Below, one piece after another: positions 59,423-64,000 of a DNA stretch of 64,000 nucleotides. Below the pieces are notes generated by a model, which was not told the origin of the DNA, ran no database searches, and saw only the letters and a list, made by a program, of their open reading frames with translations. This DNA is from Escherichia phage 348Ecol098PP: the sequence record OR062947.1; one strand, written 5' to 3'. The stretch's first letter is position 1, and the number at the start of each line of letters is the position of its first letter. The translations under genes and the position numbers were made by a program.

Positions 59423-60542
59423 TTTTAACCTTAACTGGGTTAACAGGTTCTAACACCATTGAGTTGGTAAACATGTACAGATGAGTTTGTGAGTTGTTAT
59501 TTGATAACTCATGAATAACTTCATCTACGTAAAATTCGGATTTGAATTGGTTCTTTTGGTCAACAAATATAATTTTAGTAGCAGGAGTTATGTTAAAATT
59601 ACCTGTAGTAGTGCATTTAGCATATCCGTCATATTGAGCCATTGTCTGAAGACGACTTGCTTCTTCAAATCCATTACGATAGGTCATTTCCGAATATCCA
59701 CCGGATCTTGACACAAGAATAGCATTATCACCATCGCCTGTAACAATAACCGGAATAGATGTATCTAAAAATGAATGAGCGAATATCGTGGCGTTTTTAA
59801 TAGGGTCTCTTGTAAATTGGTTAGCTTTAGTCATCCAGGTGAAATCCCATACTAATGGATACTCAAGCTCTTGAATATACTGACCTACGGTATTTGGCTC
59901 ACCTACAATCATCTTAATGCCTTCCTGACCAATAAGAGTATCGTAGTCAATCATGTTTACGCCTAAAATATCTTGCCATACGAATACGAACTTATCACTC
60001 GCTGTAGCAAGTCCTAATTCTCTGACATATGCCAAATAATCATCAAATGTGCTTGTCCAAGGAATATCAGGAACATAAGCATTAATAGTGTTTATTGGCG
60101 GAGTAATTAACGTACGGTCTTTATATATGACACCTAACATTTCACGTATAGATTCTCCTGCGTCTGGGAAGAATGGTCGCCCAAATTTAAGGTTCTCTAT
60201 AGAATGTATTGTTCCAAGCTCAATTGCAATAATATTGTCACCTTTTGAGTCCACAGACACAGAATAATGTCTACATCCGTAAATTCGAGTTCTAACTTGG
60301 AGAGGTGTGTTTGAATTTGAAACAGAGATTTGGACTATCTGTCTACCATCCATTTTAGTGTGGATGTTTTTAGTGTCATAAAATTGAAGAATCCCTTCAT
60401 TTCTTCCATATAGCGAATCTCGCATGGTTAAAGTTGTTATTGTTGCCGCGAGTTCAACGTATCTATTTTCTTGCCAAGCCGAATAATCTTGATATAATTT
60501 AACGCTTAAGTTAGGATATCCTGGACGTTGGAATACTGTCAT
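59370..60542 (-). CDS. 27: baseplate hub subunit gp27
   Basis: 390-aa ORF; [12 protein letters not shown]...[29 protein letters not shown] matches recalled T4 gp27. Confidence 0.9.
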   Translation of the reverse strand: MTVFQRPGYPNLSVKLYQDYSAWQENRYVELAATITTLTMRDSLYGRNEGILQFYDTKNIHTKMDGRQIVQISVSNSNTPLQVRTRIYGCRHYSVSVDSKGDNIIAIELGTIHSIENLKFGRPFFPDAGESIREMLGVIYKDRTLITPPINTINAYVPDIPWTSTFDDYLAYVRELGLATASDKFVFVWQDILGVNMIDYDTLIGQEGIKMIVGEPNTVGQYIQELEYPLVWDFTWMTKANQFTRDPIKNATIFAHSFLDTSIPVIVTGDGDNAILVSRSGGYSEMTYRNGFEEASRLQTMAQYDGYAKCTTTGNFNITPATKIIFVDQKNQFKSEFYVDEVIHELSNNNSQTHLYMFTNSMVLEPVNPVKVKNELKSDSTSKENNSTTV

Positions 60543-61291
60543 TTTTTATGGTCCTTTTCTACTAATGTTAAAGCAATACCACGTTCAACAGGAATCATTT
60601 GCATAATAGAATCCAATGTGTATTGACTCTTTACTAGTGAATGGTTTATCTGATAGAATGTAAAAATCTCATCAGGGTTAACTAACAATTTAAAAACCTC
60701 TAAGATATCAGTATATGTTTTAACATGACGTTCACAACAACCTAATCTAAGGGTCAAATTAATAGGGTTCATAGAAGCAATAACCTTCTCGAGCGAGTCA
60801 ATGTCTATTGCTTCTATTACTTGGATTTGGTTCTCTTCAGTCAAATCATTCCATGGATACCATTCATCATTATAATATATTTCTTTTATGTTTTCACTTA
60901 TCATTAATGCTTTGTTGTCATAAAACTTTTCAGGGAAAGAAAAACGTATTTTTATACCAGCAACATCAAGTTCAGGTTCGACTAGTTCTTTTTGATATAT
61001 CTCAAATGGAGCAGTTTTTTCTTTAGAGCATTTAGGGCAAGTGAAAATAACGGGAACTTTTGTTTTGCCTATAGAGCCTGCAAAAACTTGCAGGAATATA
61101 AATGGTTGCCATGTTTTAGGGTACTCGCCAAAATAATCATCAATCAGATCGGCAATTATTTCTTTTTGTTCTTGCGGCGAACGATGTTCGATATCATTTC
61201 TAACTAGTAAAAAGTCTCTATAATCCGCCACAGTGAACGGCTTAAAACGATGAACACCATCCGGTAATTTACAACGAATTATATTAGCCAT
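60539..61291 (-). CDS. 51: baseplate hub assembly catalyst gp51
   Basis: 250-aa ORF (T4 gp51 is 249 aa), divergent from gene 26. Confidence 0.75.
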   Translation of the reverse strand: MANIIRCKLPDGVHRFKPFTVADYRDFLLVRNDIEHRSPQEQKEIIADLIDDYFGEYPKTWQPFIFLQVFAGSIGKTKVPVIFTCPKCSKEKTAPFEIYQKELVEPELDVAGIKIRFSFPEKFYDNKALMISENIKEIYYNDEWYPWNDLTEENQIQVIEAIDIDSLEKVIASMNPINLTLRLGCCERHVKTYTDILEVFKLLVNPDEIFTFYQINHSLVKSQYTLDSIMQMIPVERGIALTLVEKDHKK

Positions 61292-61308
61292 AATTACTCC
61301 TTTTCTAT

Positions 61309-61320
61309 TATTTATAAATA
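61309..61320. promoter_or_regulatory. divergent overlapping late promoters (TATTTATAAATA)
   Basis: Plus-strand tataaata at 61313-61320 serves gene 26; its reverse complement at 61309-61316 serves gene 51. Confidence 0.6.
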
Positions 61321-61338
61321 CACAATAAAGGAGTTAAC

Positions 61339-61965
61339 ATGTTCAAATATACGTTTACCGTACGTTTAGGCGATAAAGAAGTGAATTGTAGAGCCTTTAC
61401 TTTAAAAGAATATTTAGGACTCATAGGTGCGCGGGCTACCGGTACTATTGAATCAGCAGTGAACAATATTATCACTAATTGCTCTAACGCTAAAAACTTG
61501 ACTAAACAAGAAGCCGAGTTATTGTTGGTAAATCTGTGGGCACATTCATTAGGTGAAGTGAATCAAGAACACACCTGGAATTGTTCCTGTGGGCATTCAT
61601 TTCAAGTCTATATGAATTTATTGCACACTCAATTAGATGAACAGGCCGATCCCTGGTATTCGTTCAGTGGCATTAAAATTAAGTTCCGTCAACCTAAATT
61701 ATTTGATGATAAAAATATCGCATTAATGATTGCTTCATGTATTGAGGCCGTTTTTGTCAACGGAGAGTCCATCCCTGTTGAAGATTTAACTGAAGCAGAA
61801 ATAAACGACCTTTACGGCCTTATAACAGAAGATGACATGATCAATATTAAAAATCTTTTGGTATCGCCATCAATTTATCTGGCAACCCCTATCAAATGTC
61901 CCAAATGTGGGACGTCACACGTTCACACAATACGAGGCCTCAAAGAATTCTTTGAGTTACTATAA
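61339..61965 (+). CDS. 26: baseplate hub subunit gp26
   Basis: 208-aa ORF, same length as T4 gp26; aagga RBS. Confidence 0.75.
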   Translation: MFKYTFTVRLGDKEVNCRAFTLKEYLGLIGARATGTIESAVNNIITNCSNAKNLTKQEAELLLVNLWAHSLGEVNQEHTWNCSCGHSFQVYMNLLHTQLDEQADPWYSFSGIKIKFRQPKLFDDKNIALMIASCIEAVFVNGESIPVEDLTEAEINDLYGLITEDDMINIKNLLVSPSIYLATPIKCPKCGTSHVHTIRGLKEFFELL

Positions 61966-62363
61966 TGTCTAATATCAATAAACTTTATTCAGATATCGAC
62001 CCAGAAATGCGTATGGATTGGAACAAGGACGTTGCTCGTTCTGTAGGACTTCGTTCTATTAAAAATAGTCTTCTTGGCATAGTGACAACTAGAAAAGGCT
62101 CACGCCCCTTCGACCCTGAATTTGGATGCGATTTGGTCGACGAACTTTTCGAGAACATGACACCGCTTACAGCCGATACGATTGAGCGTAATATCCAGGC
62201 AGCCGTCCGCAACTATGAGCCGCGCATCGACAAACTTTCTGTAAGTGTAACGCCAGTATATGATGACTATACAGTTATAGTAGAGATTAGATTTTCGGTC
62301 GTAGATAACCCTGATGATATCGAACAAATCAAACTTCAGTTAGCATCAAGCAATAGAGTGTAA
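61965..62363 (+). CDS. 25: baseplate wedge/sheath initiator gp25
   Basis: 132-aa ORF, same length as T4 gp25; TAATG overlap with gene 26. Confidence 0.8.
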   Translation: MSNINKLYSDIDPEMRMDWNKDVARSVGLRSIKNSLLGIVTTRKGSRPFDPEFGCDLVDELFENMTPLTADTIERNIQAAVRNYEPRIDKLSVSVTPVYDDYTVIVEIRFSVVDNPDDIEQIKLQLASSNRV

Positions 62364-62388
62364 TGCTTCAGGGCAACCTATGTATAAT
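62364..62388 (+). promoter_or_regulatory. MotA-dependent middle promoter for uvsY
   Basis: MotA box tgcttca at 62364-62370, 12-nt spacer, tataat at 62383-62388. Confidence 0.55.
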
Positions 62389-62443
62389 GGTTTTAGGTCC
62401 TTCCGATACAGCCGGGAGATTATTAGTTAAAAGAGAGAATATT

Positions 62444-62857
62444 ATGAAGCTGGAAGATTTACAGGAAGAGTTAGACGCAGACTTAGCTATTGATACGACA
62501 AAGTTGCAATACGAGACGGCGAATAATGTTAAGTTATACAGCAAATGGCTACGTAAGCACTCATTTATTCGTAAAGAAATGTTGCGTATAGAGACTCAGA
62601 AGAAAACTGCTCTAAAAGCGAGATTAGACTACTACTCGGGACGAGGTGACGGTGATGAATTCAGTATGGACCGATACGAGAAATCTGAAATGAAAACTGT
62701 CCTGGCTGCAGATAAAGATGTGCTTAAAATAGAGACTACTTTACAATACTGGGGAATTTTACTTGAGTTCTGTAGTGGTGCACTTGACGCAGTTAAGTCT
62801 CGTAGTTTTGCACTTAAACATATCCAGGATATGCGAGAATTTGAAGCGGGGCAATAA
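62444..62857 (+). CDS. uvsY: recombination mediator UvsY
   Basis: 137 aa from the ATG at 62444; LEDLQEEL...KLQYE.ANNV.LYSKWL.KHS.I.KEMLRIE.QKK.ALKARLDYYSGRGDGDEFSMDRYEKSEMKTVL matches recalled T4 UvsY. Confidence 0.9.
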   Translation: MKLEDLQEELDADLAIDTTKLQYETANNVKLYSKWLRKHSFIRKEMLRIETQKKTALKARLDYYSGRGDGDEFSMDRYEKSEMKTVLAADKDVLKIETTLQYWGILLEFCSGALDAVKSRSFALKHIQDMREFEAGQ

Positions 62858-63081
62858 TGCGTTATTCAATTGAAGATGCCTTTAATAATGATGAAGAATT
62901 TGAAACTGAAATTAAATTCTTAATGGAAAAGTATCGTCTACGTCGTCAGGATATTCGTATCCTGGCAGACCACCCTTGTGGCGAAGACGTCCTTTATATT
63001 AAAGGGAAGTTTGCCGGGTACATCGACGAGTATTTTTATACAAAAGATATGGGTATCGATATGTGCATGCGAGTGGTATAA
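62857..63081 (+). CDS. hypothetical protein
   Basis: 74-aa ORF, TAATG overlap with the uvsY stop. Confidence 0.5.
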   Translation: MRYSIEDAFNNDEEFETEIKFLMEKYRLRRQDIRILADHPCGEDVLYIKGKFAGYIDEYFYTKDMGIDMCMRVV

Positions 63082-63123
63082 ATAGATATGTAATTTCAAC
63101 TTAGGAGGCAATCATGTCAGATA

Positions 63124-63291
63124 AGATTTGTGTTGTCTGTAAAACTCCAATCGATTCTGCATTGGTTGTTGAAACAGACAAAGGTCCAGCACATCCTGGT
63201 CCTTGTTATAATTATGTCCAACAATTACCGGTTTCTGAAAGTTCAGAAGAGCAATTGAACGAAACCCAACTTTTACTATAGTGTTACCTTT
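63124..63291 (+). CDS. small Cys-containing protein (55 aa)
   Basis: MSDKICVVCKTPIDSALVVETDKGPAHPGPCYNYV... preceded by strong RBS aggagg; preferred over the antisense track ORF 63112-63318. Confidence 0.45.
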
Positions 63292-63307
63292 TTTGCCTAT
63301 GGTTTTT

Positions 63308-63337
63308 GGCCCTTCCAAAAAGGTCGGGCCTTTTTTT
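63308..63337. terminator. hairpin terminator between convergent genes
   Basis: ggccc...gggcc stem followed by ttttttt. Confidence 0.5.
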
Positions 63338-63339
63338 AA

Positions 63340-63573
63340 TTAGAAGTCTTCTTCCTCATCCTCATCATCGTCGCCTTCAAGTTCGGCACGCTTACCTGCT
63401 AAGGCATCCCTGACAGAAATATCATCTGTATCTTTTAATTCCGTTTCTTTTATACGTTTCTTATAATAAGCTTCCAATTCTTCAAGCCCTTCTAAGGTAT
63501 GACAACTAGCAATTTTACCCATGAATTCGTCAATAGATGCTTCGTATAAAAATTGTTTAAATTCAAGTACCAT
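63340..63573 (-). CDS. uvsW.1: UvsW.1, small acidic partner of UvsW helicase
   Basis: 77-aa ORF with acidic tail DDDEDEEEDF; size matches T4 UvsW.1 (76 aa); directly downstream of uvsW. Confidence 0.75.
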   Translation of the reverse strand: MVLEFKQFLYEASIDEFMGKIASCHTLEGLEELEAYYKKRIKETELKDTDDISVRDALAGKRAELEGDDDEDEEEDF

Positions 63574-63598
63574 TTTTATCTCCTAAGGGCCGAAGCCC

Positions 63599-64000
63599 TT
63601 ATAAATTAATTGTTTTCATTACATAGTTAAATTTCTCATCAGCGTAACGTTGGATACGATCAATACCGTGTTTTAACAAGTAATTAAGATGAGTATACTT
63701 CTTTTTAGTATTTAATGATTTAGGTTTTACACCTGCGTCATCGATGAGATCCCAAACTGTAGCAACAGCTTTAGAACCATGCTTACGAAGCACGCGACCT
63801 ACGGTTTGAAGTACGATAATTTTTGATTTAACACCATGGGCAAAAATAACATGATGAAGATTCTTGACTGAAATACCAGTAGAGAATACTCCATATGATG
63901 CGACAATAATAATGCCTTTACCATTTTCTGCCATGACTTTAAGCGCGTTACGTGTTTCAGTATCAACTTCACCTGATACGTAATAAACTTTTTCGTATCC
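63599..64000 (-). CDS. uvsW: UvsW helicase, C-terminal part only (gene start lies beyond the window end)
   Basis: Frame stays open to position 64000; helicase motif VI QTVGRVLR; C-terminal ...LNYLLKHGIDRIQRYADEKFNY.MKT.NL matches recalled T4 UvsW. Confidence 0.8.
   Translation of the reverse strand, partial: GYEKVYYVSGEVDTETRNALKVMAENGKGIIIVASYGVFSTGISVKNLHHVIFAHGVKSKIIVLQTVGRVLRKHGSKAVATVWDLIDDAGVKPKSLNTKKKYTHLNYLLKHGIDRIQRYADEKFNYVMKTINL

Noticed and set aside
63112-63318. Minus-strand ORF 63112-63318
   Set aside because: The plus-strand ORF 63124-63291 with a strong aggagg RBS in the same interval is more plausible; the minus-strand ORF has no RBS and runs into the terminator.

Overview
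This window reads as a contiguous segment of a T4-like (T-even, Tequatrovirus-type) myovirus genome, about 35% GC by eye and tightly packed, with many ATGA/TAATG start-stop overlaps. All gene names are assigned from recalled T4 protein sequences, sizes and gene order; no database search was run. Plus-strand early/middle genes: an uninterrupted topoisomerase large subunit (gene 39), rIIA.1, rIIA, rIIB, ndd, topoisomerase subunit 52, motA, asiA, then rnh, dsbA, 33, 59, 32, frd, td (split by a 1016-nt group I intron carrying I-TevI), nrdA, nrdB (split by a 1091-nt group I intron carrying a full-length HNH endonuclease), denA, rnlA, alc, a spanin pair, pseT, cd, 31, rIII, DNA ligase (30), alt, and 26, 25, uvsY. 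Minus-strand late genes: long tail fibre module 34-35-36-37-38 plus holin t, baseplate hub genes 54-48-29-28-27-51, and uvsW.1 with the 3' part of uvsW. Regulatory signals visible by eye include T4-type early promoters (GTTTAC -35 with a TATAAT-like -10), many of them embedded in inverted repeats, late promoters (TATAAATA), MotA-box middle promoters and UUCG-tetraloop terminators. The most notable accessory content is a class-I DAHP synthase (AroG-like) gene translationally coupled to dCMP deaminase, a 366-aa GT-B-like glycosyltransferase where T4 has gene 60/mobA, a free-standing GIY-YIG endonuclease between genes 33 and 59, and an expanded small-gene cluster between motA and asiA. No CRISPR array, tRNA or rRNA was seen.
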